A stretch of 36,953 nt of DNA from a virus. Lineage: Duplodnaviria > Caudoviricetes. Shown piece after piece: positions 23,391 to 34,600 of the stretch (position 1 is its first letter; every line of letters starts with the position of its first letter). Position numbers and translations under genes: made by a program. Where the stretch lies: positions 1-36,953 of IMG/VR virus record IMGVR_UViG_3300029891_000007. One strand, 5' to 3'. The notes below the pieces were generated by a model. The model did not search any database and had not been told where the DNA came from. It saw only the letters and a program-made list of their open reading frames with translations.

Positions 23391-26300
23391 TGGTGACTGA
23401 AAACGTCAACATTCGCTTCGTAGAGAGCGGTGCCCGCGTTGTCAAACGCAAGATCGACGAAATTGGTGAAGCAGCGAACAACGCCACTCGTGGCCTCTTC
23501 CTCCTCAAGCGGGCTCTGTTCGTTATCGGCGGTGCTGGTCTGGTGTCGACGCTGGCGAGCTATGCTGATGCTCTCACCAATATGGAGAACCGTCTCCGTC
23601 TGACTTCCTCGAGCACTCAAAATCTCGAGGCAGTTCAAGACGCTCTGTTCGCTTCTGCCAATCGTTCCCGCTCTGCGGTTGAAGCGACTGGCGAAATCTA
23701 CACCCGCGTCGCCCTGTCTGCAAGGAACCTCGGGGCGAGCCAGCAAGATGTGATCAGCGTCACCGAGACGCTCCAGAAAGCTGCTGTTATCTCCGGTGCG
23801 TCTGCTCGAGAAGCCAACGCTGCCCTGATCCAGCTTGGGCAGGGCCTCGCCTCGAACCGCCTGAGCGGCGACGAACTTCGTTCTGTTCTGGAACAACTGC
23901 CTTACGTCTCCGACCTCATTGTGGACCATCTGAACAAGACCGGCCAGTTCGGCAAGGTCAGCCGTGGTGAACTCCGTCAACTCGGCAAGGAAGGGAAGCT
24001 GACTGCGCAGATCGTGTTCGACGCGATCAAGAACTCTCAGCAACAGGTGGACGCTCTGTTCGCCCAAACGAACCCGACCATCGAGCAGGCGTTCAACGTC
24101 GCACGAAACAACATCTTGAAGTTCATTGACGACTTCGATGATGCCACTGGTGCGAGTGCTCTGTTCGCAAGAGCGATCATCACTCTTTCCGAACACATCG
24201 GGACGTTGGTGAACCTCTTGGGCGTTCTCGCCGGGGTGGCCGTCGCAGTGTTCTCTGCGCGGGCAATCAACAGTGCTTTGGAGTTCGCGAACACGCTGAC
24301 CAAATCTGGTGAAGCGGTTGCGCGATACTTCTCCATCCAGACCGCCAGTGCGAGGTCGTCTGTCGCTGCTGCTGAGGCTACCGCGATCGACACCCGTGCA
24401 AAACTGGAGAACATTCTGGTTCGCCAGACCGCAATCAGAACAACTCTTGCCAATGCTCAGGCTGAATATGTAGAGGCTACTGCCTCGTTCCAGAATGGCC
24501 GTGCTCGCGATCTTCAGACTGGTCGGTTCATTGCCAACGAAGCTGCTCGTGACAGGCTCACCGCAGCGACCATCCGTCTGACCGCTGCTGAACGTGCTGA
24601 AGCGATTGCTGCTGGTCGTGTCACTGCTCTGCGTGGTGAGCTCGCACTTGCAGAGAACGCCCAAGCCGCTGCGACCACCCGCCTCGCCACGGCTCAGGTT
24701 GCTCAGACTGGTATGGTGGCTCGGCTGGCTGGCTCCTTCCCGCTGCTCACGGGTGTCATCAGGCTGGCTGGCAGTGCCCTCTCTGGGCTGTGGGCGCTGC
24801 TCCTTGCCAACCCCATCACCGCTATCGTGGTGGCCGTCGGTGCCCTCGTGGCGGCGTTCTTCACTTGGGGCAATGAGATCAAAGTCACTGCTGACGGTGT
24901 TGTCGGTCTGAAAGATGCTGTGATCGCAGCTTTCCAGCTTATGTGGGAAGTAATCTCTCCGTTCTTCAGCACTGCCTGGGAATATATTGTCAAGGGTCTC
25001 GATTATGCCCGCGACGCGATTGTCGCTGGCGCTGCAATCATGGGTGATGCAATCCTCAGTGCTGCTGAGGCAATGATCGATGCGTTCACCTTCGTTCCTC
25101 GCGTTGTGATTGGCGTGGTGAACGGCATCATCGCTGCATTCCAAGCTCTGCCCGGTCAGGCGGCTGCTGTAGCTCAAGGGATCGCCAACGTCCTTATCGA
25201 AGGCTTCGAGGCATTCGCCAATGGAGCAATCGCTGCAATCAACAAGGTGATCGGTGCGTTGAACGCTCTGCTGGCCTTTGTCGGTGCTGACAAAGCCGCT
25301 GAGTTCTTTGGCATCAAAGGACAGATCACTGAACTCAGCGAAGTCACGCTGCCTCGCTTCAAAGGTGCTGCTGCCGATGCTGGCAAAGCGGCTGGCGACG
25401 CATTCGTCAATGGCTTCAATGAAATCTACGAAGGCGGCAAAGTCGCGAACGTGATCGACGGTCTCGCCAATGCTCTTGCCCCTGTTGGGCAGAAGATCAT
25501 TGATCGTGCCCGTGAGAACATCGCAAATCAACCTGCACCCGGTCAACTCGGTCCGCTCGCTGGTGGAACTGGCACCGGCACCGGAAGCGGAGGCGGGGGT
25601 GGAGGCGGTGGTAAGAACGAGAAATCGTTCGCTCAGGAGATCGCCGAACTTCAAAAGAAGATCGAGCTCGAAAAGCAATACGGTCTTCAGAAAGAGATCA
25701 CCAACAATATTCTCAGCATTGAGAAGTCCATCAAGCGCGAGCTGACTGATGCAGAGAAAGAGCAGGTCGCTACTCAGACCGCTCTGTTGGAGATTGCGAA
25801 AATCCAAGGTGAGACCCTCCAGGACATTCTCGGTCCTCAGGAGCAGTTGAAGCTCGGACAGATCGCTCTGAACCAACTGTTCGAGCAGGGCGCAATCTCG
25901 CTCGGACAATACAACGACAAACTCCGCGAACTGCAAATCAACGCAGACAAAGCCTCCGGAACTATCGGTGGTGGGTTCCGTGCAGCGATTGCTGGAAGCA
26001 TCCAGTCCGCCAGCCAATTCGGTGAGGCGCTTGGTGGAGTGCTGGTCGACGCGGCTGGCAAGGCCGCCGATGCGATCGTTGAGTTCGCCAAGACCGGTCG
26101 GCTGAACATTCGTCAGTTCTTTGCTGACCTATTCGCTCAGCTTCTCAAGCTGGCAGCGCAGCGTCTCCTTCTGTCCTTCCTCGGTGGCTTCTTGGGCATT
26201 CCTGGCGCTGGTCTTGGTGGTGCTGGTGGCGGACTTCACTTTGCGACTGGCGGCTCCATCCTTCCAACAGGTCCAGGGTCGACCGATTCGCAACTGGTTG

Positions 26301-26542
26301 CATTTGCCAAGAGGCCTGATGAGCGTGTAGACATACTCACGCCGGGTCAGCAGCAAGCCCAGAAGGACGGTCAGGGGAATGGTGGCGGAACGACTGTCGT
26401 TCAGTCTCCTCCGGTCAATGTGGCGGCTGTGCTCAGCCCGGACGATATCATCGGCGTGTTCAACAATGGTGGTGACACGCAGATCATCAATATTCTCCAG
26501 CGGAATGCCTCGACGGTAAGGCAGATCGCTGGGTCTCGGTAA
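23390..26542 (+). CDS. Tape measure protein
   Basis: 1050 aa, Ala-rich; ALIQLGQGLAS..L.GDEL.SVLEQ.P N-terminal domain; FATGG near the C-terminus. Confidence 0.92.
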   Translation: MVTENVNIRFVESGARVVKRKIDEIGEAANNATRGLFLLKRALFVIGGAGLVSTLASYADALTNMENRLRLTSSSTQNLEAVQDALFASANRSRSAVEATGEIYTRVALSARNLGASQQDVISVTETLQKAAVISGASAREANAALIQLGQGLASNRLSGDELRSVLEQLPYVSDLIVDHLNKTGQFGKVSRGELRQLGKEGKLTAQIVFDAIKNSQQQVDALFAQTNPTIEQAFNVARNNILKFIDDFDDATGASALFARAIITLSEHIGTLVNLLGVLAGVAVAVFSARAINSALEFANTLTKSGEAVARYFSIQTASARSSVAAAEATAIDTRAKLENILVRQTAIRTTLANAQAEYVEATASFQNGRARDLQTGRFIANEAARDRLTAATIRLTAAERAEAIAAGRVTALRGELALAENAQAAATTRLATAQVAQTGMVARLAGSFPLLTGVIRLAGSALSGLWALLLANPITAIVVAVGALVAAFFTWGNEIKVTADGVVGLKDAVIAAFQLMWEVISPFFSTAWEYIVKGLDYARDAIVAGAAIMGDAILSAAEAMIDAFTFVPRVVIGVVNGIIAAFQALPGQAAAVAQGIANVLIEGFEAFANGAIAAINKVIGALNALLAFVGADKAAEFFGIKGQITELSEVTLPRFKGAAADAGKAAGDAFVNGFNEIYEGGKVANVIDGLANALAPVGQKIIDRARENIANQPAPGQLGPLAGGTGTGTGSGGGGGGGGKNEKSFAQEIAELQKKIELEKQYGLQKEITNNILSIEKSIKRELTDAEKEQVATQTALLEIAKIQGETLQDILGPQEQLKLGQIALNQLFEQGAISLGQYNDKLRELQINADKASGTIGGGFRAAIAGSIQSASQFGEALGGVLVDAAGKAADAIVEFAKTGRLNIRQFFADLFAQLLKLAAQRLLLSFLGGFLGIPGAGLGGAGGGLHFATGGSILPTGPGSTDSQLVAFAKRPDERVDILTPGQQQAQKDGQGNGGGTTVVQSPPVNVAAVLSPDDIIGVFNNGGDTQIINILQRNASTVRQIAGSR

Positions 26543-26554
26543 GGAGAACTCTGA

Positions 26555-28042
26555 ATGCCTTTCACGACTGGCACCGCCGCTACTCCCACCGAGTTGCTGA
26601 ACAAGATCAATACCCATCTCGTCGCGAATGGCTGGACCAGACTTCGCGGCGAGACTGATCTCGCATGTGCCAGCCCGAAAGCTGCTCGCTACTGGCGTTT
26701 GATCTGCTGGAGGTCGGTAACCGTCAACTTCCGTGGTATTCAACTCTTTCATCTTCGCACCACGGCTGGTGGTGCGAACCAAGCGACGGTTGGAGCGAAC
26801 TTCTCGTCCTCGTCGACCGGAACTGGTTCTCCCGGCAACCTCGTCGCTGGTGGTTCGAACTTCCGCTCTGCAAATATCAATCAGGGTGTCTGGACTGTCA
26901 CTTATGATTTCGGAAGTGCGACCACCATTCGCGAATTCGTGATGCAGGGTGATACGACTGCCAACAACTCGCCTCAGAACTTCGCTTTCCAATGGTCAAA
27001 TGATGGTCTGACCTGGACCACGCTGATAGAATACTCTGGCATCTCTTGGGCCTCTGGTGAAACCAAGACTTTCACTGTCACTGATGGATATCTTCATACG
27101 AACCATGTTTCGTCGACCCAACCGCGTCGTTCTGGCAGTGCGGAAGAACTTCCGTTTGACATAAAATGGTCGTCCAGTGATTTTCGCGCATTCTCTGAGG
27201 ATTACTGGGCATGGCAGGGACCGGGCTATGACTCGAGCCGCCGCGTCTATGTTCATGCTCGTTCTCAGTGCAGACCGAACTCTTCGACCCACGTGATCGA
27301 GTGGGACTTCTCCATCGGCTATGACAGCAACATCAAGGTTTGGAATACCCAGGAAGGAAACACCGCTCGAGCTATGAGCCATCTCATGGATGCTGGCACC
27401 GTGACGTTCTGGCTCTATTCCAACTCGAAACGCATCGTTCTGGTCACCCGTTCTGGTGCTCAGGACTATACGTCCTCCTATGTCGGCTTCATGAGTGCGT
27501 TCGGCACTCCGGATGATTATCCGTTCCCGCTGTGTGCTCTCACTACGATGAACAACCGTTCCTCGTATACTTCGATTTCTACGAATGCTCAACTATCCTC
27601 GTGTGCTGATCCAGGTTTCGGTGCAGGTATCGCTCGTCTTTGGAATGGAACTTTGGTATACCCAGAGAACCGTCCGAACAACAACGCCTCCAATCTGTAT
27701 CTCAACACACCGAACACTGCTTGGGTCTGGCCGTATCATTTCGGATCGACGAACAGTCCTGTCTGGCCCTTTGGTATGGGTTCGGATTATGTGGACTATG
27801 ATGCGAACCATATCTTCGACTATATGAGAGCAACTGCCCAGAACGAGCTTCCGCTCATTCCCTGTATCGTCATGACCGATCCATATGGGAACATCGGCGT
27901 TCTCGATGGTGTGTTCGCAATCCCTTCCGGGAGCATCCTTACTCCTACCCAAGTGATCACCATTGGCGGTCAAGACTATCGTGTCTTCCCCAACAGAACA
28001 AGGCGTGAACCGATTGCTTGGTTCTGCGTGAGAGAGGACTGA
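26555..28042 (+). CDS. Tail structural protein with an inserted F5/8 type C (discoidin-like) domain
   Basis: MPFTTGTA...L...L..NGW, Y.S.Y.GF, YP.PL and G.LDGVF core; ARYWRL...P.NF.FQ.S.DG.TWT insert. Confidence 0.7.
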   Translation: MPFTTGTAATPTELLNKINTHLVANGWTRLRGETDLACASPKAARYWRLICWRSVTVNFRGIQLFHLRTTAGGANQATVGANFSSSSTGTGSPGNLVAGGSNFRSANINQGVWTVTYDFGSATTIREFVMQGDTTANNSPQNFAFQWSNDGLTWTTLIEYSGISWASGETKTFTVTDGYLHTNHVSSTQPRRSGSAEELPFDIKWSSSDFRAFSEDYWAWQGPGYDSSRRVYVHARSQCRPNSSTHVIEWDFSIGYDSNIKVWNTQEGNTARAMSHLMDAGTVTFWLYSNSKRIVLVTRSGAQDYTSSYVGFMSAFGTPDDYPFPLCALTTMNNRSSYTSISTNAQLSSCADPGFGAGIARLWNGTLVYPENRPNNNASNLYLNTPNTAWVWPYHFGSTNSPVWPFGMGSDYVDYDANHIFDYMRATAQNELPLIPCIVMTDPYGNIGVLDGVFAIPSGSILTPTQVITIGGQDYRVFPNRTRREPIAWFCVRED

Positions 28043-28045
28043 CCC

Positions 28046-29110
28046 ATGAGCTACTCCACAGGTTCCGGAAACTATGTCGCGCTGATGGCGGCGGTGCTGG
28101 CCCATGCTCAGGCTGACGGCTGGTCTGACACTGGCGGGACGTGGCCGATCAGCAAAGGCAACGTTCGTGGTGTCGACTGGGCGACCTACACGGCAACCGA
28201 GTTCGATCGCACGTTCACCAACGCGAACCGGACTGTTCGCTATATCAGGATCGCCGTCGGGACCAGTCCTGCGAACGCTACCGCGAACGCTGCACTAACC
28301 GCCAACTCCGCTCAAGTCGCGAACATGCACTATACGTTCACGACGTGGCACATCTTCTCCGACCCTTCCCTGTGCGACTATATCCATGTCGTTGCGAACT
28401 TCTCCAACGGTGTGAACGGTGACTGCTATGTTCACTTCTCGTTCGGTGAACTGAACAAGAACGGCATGGCTCACACTGCGATCGTCTATGCGACTGGCTC
28501 CGCAAAGCGTGGCTATTCGATCAGCACTGCTGCTAACAATATTTGTGATGACTGGAACTGCGCTCACTATGGAAGATCTCTGTCCCCATTCAATGGGACT
28601 GCTGGTTTCTCCAGCCCATGGATGAACTATCATGGGCTGAATGCTCTTTCGTGGATCGTCGATCCCACTGTCAATCCGTTCCCCGGCGCTGGGTGGTTCT
28701 CTCCTGATACTGTCTACAATGATGATCAGGTTTTCAATACGATCATGAATTCCTCTTCGCTTTGGACTGGCATTGGAACGAACAATCGTGTTCAATCTAC
28801 CGATTTCTACTGGGGATCGTATCAACCATTCGCAATTCCTGCACCATACTCCGGCGCTTTGTCGATGGGTCCACTCCCGTTCATTGCCCTGCAAGGTTTG
28901 ACCACGAGTTCTCAGTGCATGTATCTCGGGGCTTTCCCGAATGTCAGAACCTGTGGAATGGAGAGCTATGTGCCGGGTTCGGTGGTGACCTACGGTGGTG
29001 AAGATTGGATGATCTTCCCGATGCTGCGCTCCACTCCTTGGGCTCAGACGCAAGTCCTTGATCTCGTATCCTCTGGAAGGGCTGCGTTCGCATATAAGAA
29101 AGTCGTGTAA
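28046..29110 (+). CDS. Tail structural protein (related to the upstream gene)
   Basis: MSY.TG, HFSFGEL.K, Y.G.FPNVR, ..TYGGEDW.IFP and AYKKV motifs. Confidence 0.7.
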   Translation: MSYSTGSGNYVALMAAVLAHAQADGWSDTGGTWPISKGNVRGVDWATYTATEFDRTFTNANRTVRYIRIAVGTSPANATANAALTANSAQVANMHYTFTTWHIFSDPSLCDYIHVVANFSNGVNGDCYVHFSFGELNKNGMAHTAIVYATGSAKRGYSISTAANNICDDWNCAHYGRSLSPFNGTAGFSSPWMNYHGLNALSWIVDPTVNPFPGAGWFSPDTVYNDDQVFNTIMNSSSLWTGIGTNNRVQSTDFYWGSYQPFAIPAPYSGALSMGPLPFIALQGLTTSSQCMYLGAFPNVRTCGMESYVPGSVVTYGGEDWMIFPMLRSTPWAQTQVLDLVSSGRAAFAYKKVV

Positions 29111-30822
29111 TGCCTGTCATCGCTGACGCACCTATTGCCGCTGTCTGGTCCTCGGATGCAACCGGGGATCGGATCGTCTTAAGTGGTTCCCAAATTCCAC
29201 ATCAGGGAGCAGGATTTCCTGACAACATCGAAGGCATTGCTTTCGGTGGTGATCCCGTTATGGGCGACAACTATACTGTCGTTGATGAAACGTCGTGGAA
29301 AGGAGCTGGCTCGTGGAACAGGGTCGCAACTCAGCATGATGACTTCCACTATCGCTTCTGGGTAATTCCTGAAGAGCTTCGCCTTCAGAACCCTCTGGTC
29401 GATACTGACATTCCGTTCGTTATCTGGAATACCTATCCGAAGATCGATACCCTCCAGGACATTCTCGTTGCTGGATCGAGTGTCCTGACTTTCAACAAGA
29501 CCCCTCTGATTAGCACGATCAGGGACTTTGAGTATCAGACCATCCTGATGCGGATCGGACCCGGCGAACCCAACGTGGACGCGCTGGTCGACTTCGTGTA
29601 TCAGAATGGCGATGCAATCTTCCCTGTTATCGCTATCGTGTCGGAAACCTTCAACTTCATTCCGGACGTTCCGGTTGATGAGACGTGGGAATATCTGACC
29701 GATATCATGACTTCTTACAATGGATCTGAACAACGTATCAGTCTGCGCGATGATCCTCGTCGCACGTTGAATTTCACTGTCGATATCATCGATATGCAGG
29801 ATCGTCGTGAACAATATGAACTCCTGTTCAAGAACATGGCTTTGCAGGCTATCGTTCCGAACTACCATCATGCTGCGAAGCTGACTGCTCCTTCACCGAT
29901 CGCTTCCAACAGACTCTACTTTGATACCTCGCAAACTCAAATGCGACTGGGTGAAGGTATCGCGATCATCAACGTTCAGACCAAGAAGGCTTTCATCTTC
30001 AACGTGACGACCATCTATTCGGACGGCGTTGATATCGGCTCTTCCTTGGGTGAGGCCCTCACGACTGGGAACTATGTCTATCCTGCCCACGAGATGATCC
30101 TCAAGGCAAATTCCGGCATGACGATGCAGACTGTCACCGGAAAGTTGGAAATTCAGGCTGAGAGCTTCGGTGCTTACACTCTTCCGAGGCCCAATGCAAC
30201 GCCGACCATCGAAACTCTCGATGGCTACAATATCATGACCATCCGTCCTCTGGCTGGAGCAGAAGAGTTGTTTACTCGCGATGCAGAGGTCATGGACTTC
30301 GAGACTGGTGTAAAAACCATTCTCAGGACTGCGAACCCTCATGTCATCATTTCTGGTCAACGTCAGTGGCTGATCAATCGCTATGGTCCTTCTGCGAAGG
30401 AGGACTATATGCGAGAATTCATCAATCAGGTGAAGGGTGCCCAGAAGGCATGGCTGATACCGACGTGGTTCCCCGATCTCACGCTTGCACCGATCGCAGC
30501 CCCCACTGCTTTGAACGGTGTTATCCAGATCAACGAAATCAACTATGGGACTCTTCTCTTCCCGTATGATACGTGGAAGCGGATCATGATCCAGTATGAT
30601 AATCTTCCTGCGACTTATCACACAGTCACCAGCGCGACCACTCGTGATGATGGCTATGTCGATCTCGCATTCTCTCCTCCTCTGCCCGATGATCCTGAAG
30701 TTGCCAACATCAAGATGATCAGCTTCTTGCTGAAAGTCCGTGGTGATGATACGATCCGTCGGCGTCACGATCACCGTGACACGACCTACTCCTGGGCTGT
30801 CACCACAACGGATGCAGGCTGA
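29110..30822 (+). CDS. Tail tip/distal tail-like protein
   Basis: DDFHYRFWVIP, V.ETWEYLTDI..S..G.EQR..LR..PRR and G....W..PTW..DL motifs. Confidence 0.7.
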   Translation: MPVIADAPIAAVWSSDATGDRIVLSGSQIPHQGAGFPDNIEGIAFGGDPVMGDNYTVVDETSWKGAGSWNRVATQHDDFHYRFWVIPEELRLQNPLVDTDIPFVIWNTYPKIDTLQDILVAGSSVLTFNKTPLISTIRDFEYQTILMRIGPGEPNVDALVDFVYQNGDAIFPVIAIVSETFNFIPDVPVDETWEYLTDIMTSYNGSEQRISLRDDPRRTLNFTVDIIDMQDRREQYELLFKNMALQAIVPNYHHAAKLTAPSPIASNRLYFDTSQTQMRLGEGIAIINVQTKKAFIFNVTTIYSDGVDIGSSLGEALTTGNYVYPAHEMILKANSGMTMQTVTGKLEIQAESFGAYTLPRPNATPTIETLDGYNIMTIRPLAGAEELFTRDAEVMDFETGVKTILRTANPHVIISGQRQWLINRYGPSAKEDYMREFINQVKGAQKAWLIPTWFPDLTLAPIAAPTALNGVIQINEINYGTLLFPYDTWKRIMIQYDNLPATYHTVTSATTRDDGYVDLAFSPPLPDDPEVANIKMISFLLKVRGDDTIRRRHDHRDTTYSWAVTTTDAG

Positions 30823-31625
30823 TGGCATATCAAACTGATGAAACGAGTATTCAGGGTGGACGTCCCAGAGAAGTGTATCGCTTCACTGGAACCTACAACA
30901 CCTATCGCATGACGAGTTTTTCTACCACTCTCGTTGTGAATGGTGAAACATATTCTCCCATCACGATCAGTCGTGATGCACTCAAGGTGGGGACCCAAGA
31001 GGAGGACCAACTGGCCCTCGAAATCAGTATGCCGTTCACGCATCCTATGGTTCGTGAATATGCCTACGATCAGGCTCCGCCAACTCTCGTTTGCGAAATT
31101 TTCCGTGTCCACGCAACTGATCTCAATGACACTGTTCTCCTGTGGAAAGGTCGCGTCACCTCTTTCACGGTTGAAGGGCAGTTGGCAAAGATCAGGGTGC
31201 CAGCCATCTTCGGCTATATCATGGCTGGCTCTGCCCCTACGCCGCGCTATCAGGGGCCGTGCAACCATCTGCTATATGACGCCCGCTGCGGCGTCTCTGA
31301 GGCCCTGAACAAGCACTCCACAACGGTCACTGGCTTCTCGAACAATATTGTCAGCGTTGGCAGCAATCCTTATGGACCTGCCGATATTCTGGCTGGAATG
31401 ATCAGGCTTATCTCTTCTGGTGAAAGCCGAATGATCACCAACGTCACTGCAACTGATATCACTGTGAGCTATCCGTTCTCGAAGCTGGAGATCGGAAACC
31501 CTGTCGAAATTCTTAGGGGTTGCGCACATGACTTCGATACGTGTAAGGTGAAATTCGCCAATGGTCCACGCTTTGGCGGCACCCCACTCGTCCCTGGACG
31601 CAATCCTTTCACGGGTAAGATATGA
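30822..31625 (+). CDS. Tail hub protein, DUF2163/BR0599 family (Fe-S-binding Cys motif)
   Basis: P.E.Y.F, YQ..CNH.LYD..C, GC.H....C..KF.N...FGG.P..P..NPF. Confidence 0.85.
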   Translation: MAYQTDETSIQGGRPREVYRFTGTYNTYRMTSFSTTLVVNGETYSPITISRDALKVGTQEEDQLALEISMPFTHPMVREYAYDQAPPTLVCEIFRVHATDLNDTVLLWKGRVTSFTVEGQLAKIRVPAIFGYIMAGSAPTPRYQGPCNHLLYDARCGVSEALNKHSTTVTGFSNNIVSVGSNPYGPADILAGMIRLISSGESRMITNVTATDITVSYPFSKLEIGNPVEILRGCAHDFDTCKVKFANGPRFGGTPLVPGRNPFTGKI

Positions 31626-34600
31626 TCTGGTTCACGCTCGCCCTCTTTCTCGTGTCGTTTGTCATCACGGCTCTTCTGGCTCCCAAGCCGGAATTCGAAA
31701 ATGCCCGTGCTGATGAACTTGATCCGAACAACTTTCCGATGGCGAGTGAAGACTCTCCCATCCCTCTCGTCCTTGGGCGTGTCCGCCTCAATGCGCCGAA
31801 CACTCTCTGGTATGGAGACTTCGAATCGAAAGCAATCACCGAAAAGGTGAAGACTGGTCTGTTCAGTTCGAAGAAAGTCACGGTCGGCTACAAATACTAT
31901 CTTGGCCTCGACATGGGTCTTGCGCTGGGACCGGGTGTCGTCCTGCGCGAAGTCTATATCGATGAGACTCTGGTCTGGTCTGGTGATACGACTGGTGGCA
32001 CTGAGACTGTGATCAATATCAGCGACAGCGAACTCTTCGGTGGCTACAAGAGCGGCGGTGGCTGGGGAAGCACCGGCAAGTTCTACAGCGGCGCTTTCAC
32101 ACAGAACGTTGATACCTACGTTGAGGGCCAAGTCGGCTCGGGGAATGTCCCCGCATATAACGGCATGGCCCACATGGTCTTCGAACATGCCTATATCGGT
32201 GAGAGCGCATCTCTCCGTAAAATGGCGTTCGTTCTGGAGTGCTACACGAACTCTCTCGACCTGCCTGATAGCGGCACTATCAATGATGGTGTTGATATGA
32301 ACCCTGCTGAGGCGATCTATCAGATCATGGTCGATACATGGCGGGGCCTCGGCATTGCCGTTTCTGACATCGATCTCGTGGCTTTGCAGACTGTCGGTCA
32401 GGTTCTCTGGGAAGAACAGAATGGTGTTTCCATTCTCGTCACCTCTGAGTCTGATGGTGCTCGTCTAATCAGCGAAATTCTGCGCCAGATCGACGGCATC
32501 ATGTATCAGGATCCTGACAGTGGCAAAGTCACGATCAGCCTGATCCGTGATGACTATGATGTCGATCTGATCCCTGAATTCGATGAGAACGATATCGCTA
32601 TCGTTCGCAGCTTCACCCGCACGTCGTGGGACGAAGTTCAATCGCAAGTGAAGGTGTCCTTCCCGCAACGTGATAGTGAAAGTGAAGCTGTCGCAATCTC
32701 CCAGGACATGGCAGTTGTCGCCACTCTGGGCAAGCTCCGCACTACCACGCTCAGCTTCCCGTTCTGCTACGATCCTGATACGGCGAATGAGATCGCATCT
32801 CGGGAGAGAGCCCAAAGGTCCGTTCCGCTGTTCCGTGCGACGATCGAGGTCAACCGCAACGCGAACACTCTTCGTCCTGGATCGCCCTTCAAGTTCTCTT
32901 GGGCAGACTATGGCATCGTTGATCTGGTCATGCGGGTGCAGCGTTTCGATCTTGGTGAACTGACCAAGGGCAAGATCGTTATCGAAGCTCTTCAAGACAA
33001 GTTCGCACTGAGCGATGTGGTGTTCTCTTCTCCGCAAAGCAGCGGTTGGACCCCTGTGTCTCTCACACCCTCCGATGTCATCACGGCTCGTCTCGTTCAA
33101 ATGCCGAGGTTCTTCACGAACAAGTTGGAGACGCCGATCACTTACGAACGTGTCGGCTTGCTTGGCGTCGCTGCGAAACCGAGTGGCGTGTCGACGACCT
33201 ATTCGATCAACGTCCAGCTTCCTGGAGAAACTCTGGACGAAACGTCTGATGATCCGAAAGATGTGATCTACCAAGGCTCTGGTCTGCTTTCTGTTGCATA
33301 TTCGAAGAGCGCTGGTTTCGTCACCGGCAAAGACACCACTATCGGCATGTCTCTCGGCTCTGTGGTTGGAACTTTCGAGAGCGCGGTCACGAGCGATGTG
33401 ATCAACGGCTACGAAAACATCATTCTCGTGAACAATGAATTCATGGCTTTCGAAACCGCAGTCGATGGAGGCAGCGGGAACTGGACGCTGACCAACGTCT
33501 ATCGCGGACTGTTCGGTAGCCCGATCGAAGATCACAGCATCGGCGCTCGTGTCTATTCTGTTCCGACGGCTGCATTCAACTCTGGTGCGATTGACATCTT
33601 CCCCGATGGGCAGACTTACAACCATCGCTTCCTGGACGGCGCTGGCAGCGTGAGACAGTCCCCTGATCAAGTGACCCCGATTGCCTATGTCGGTGCTGCT
33701 ACCTATCACAATAACAAACCTCTTCGGCCGGGGAACCTCAAGCTCGGCGGTGTCCGTCAGTATGATCCGATCATCACGGCGGCTGTGGCAACTGCTCTCA
33801 CTTGGGCACCCAGAGACCATCGTGTGCTGCCGATCCCTACCGAAGTCGATGCAGCGCAGACGCCTCCGAACGCAGAGAGCTACAAGATCGATGTCTACGT
33901 CGGCGGCGTGAAGAACACCACTCTGTCTGGCACGGTTGCGGCTGGTGTGACGACCTACAACATTCCCTTCAACCTCACGACCATCAACAACACTGATGTG
34001 GAAATTCGTGTCACTGCGACTGACACAGTTCTTGCTCAGGACAGCCCTTACTATTCGATCTATCCGATCGATCTTTCGCAGTTCTTCCTGCGTGGGTCGC
34101 TCGACTATTTCGATACGTGGGACGCTTCTCCTATCGGCGATTTCGTGTCTGTCTATTCTCTGGTTCGTCGTATCTCGACCTACAACGGTCCCGCTATCCG
34201 TATCCGTGATACGAACGACAACTCGGAGCAAGACGTCTATTTCAACACTCAGGGCAACCTAAACTCCTATACGGTGGTCGGTGAAGCTCGTGTTGTGACT
34301 TGGTATGACCAAGGACCCGCTGGTCTGAACCTGACCCAAGCAACGGCAGGCCTCCAGCCTCGTCTGGACTTCACTGGTTCTCCGAATGGTCTGCGTCCTG
34401 CAATCAACTTCACTGGGTTCGGAAAATATCTTGATGGACCCAGCTTCTCCAACGGTGCGCCGAATGCTCATCTGTTCAACCGACCGCTGATCTTCGGTTG
34501 CCATTCTCGCAATGGCACTGGTCTGCAATACATCTGGACTATTCCTCACCAGATCGGCGCTCTCACATCACCATACTATCGTCATGGTATCCTTCAGCTC

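Noticed and set aside
24660-24860. Tape measure segment as another GA/TC-free island
   Set aside because: GA is low but TC is frequent; explained by hydrophobic amino-acid content.
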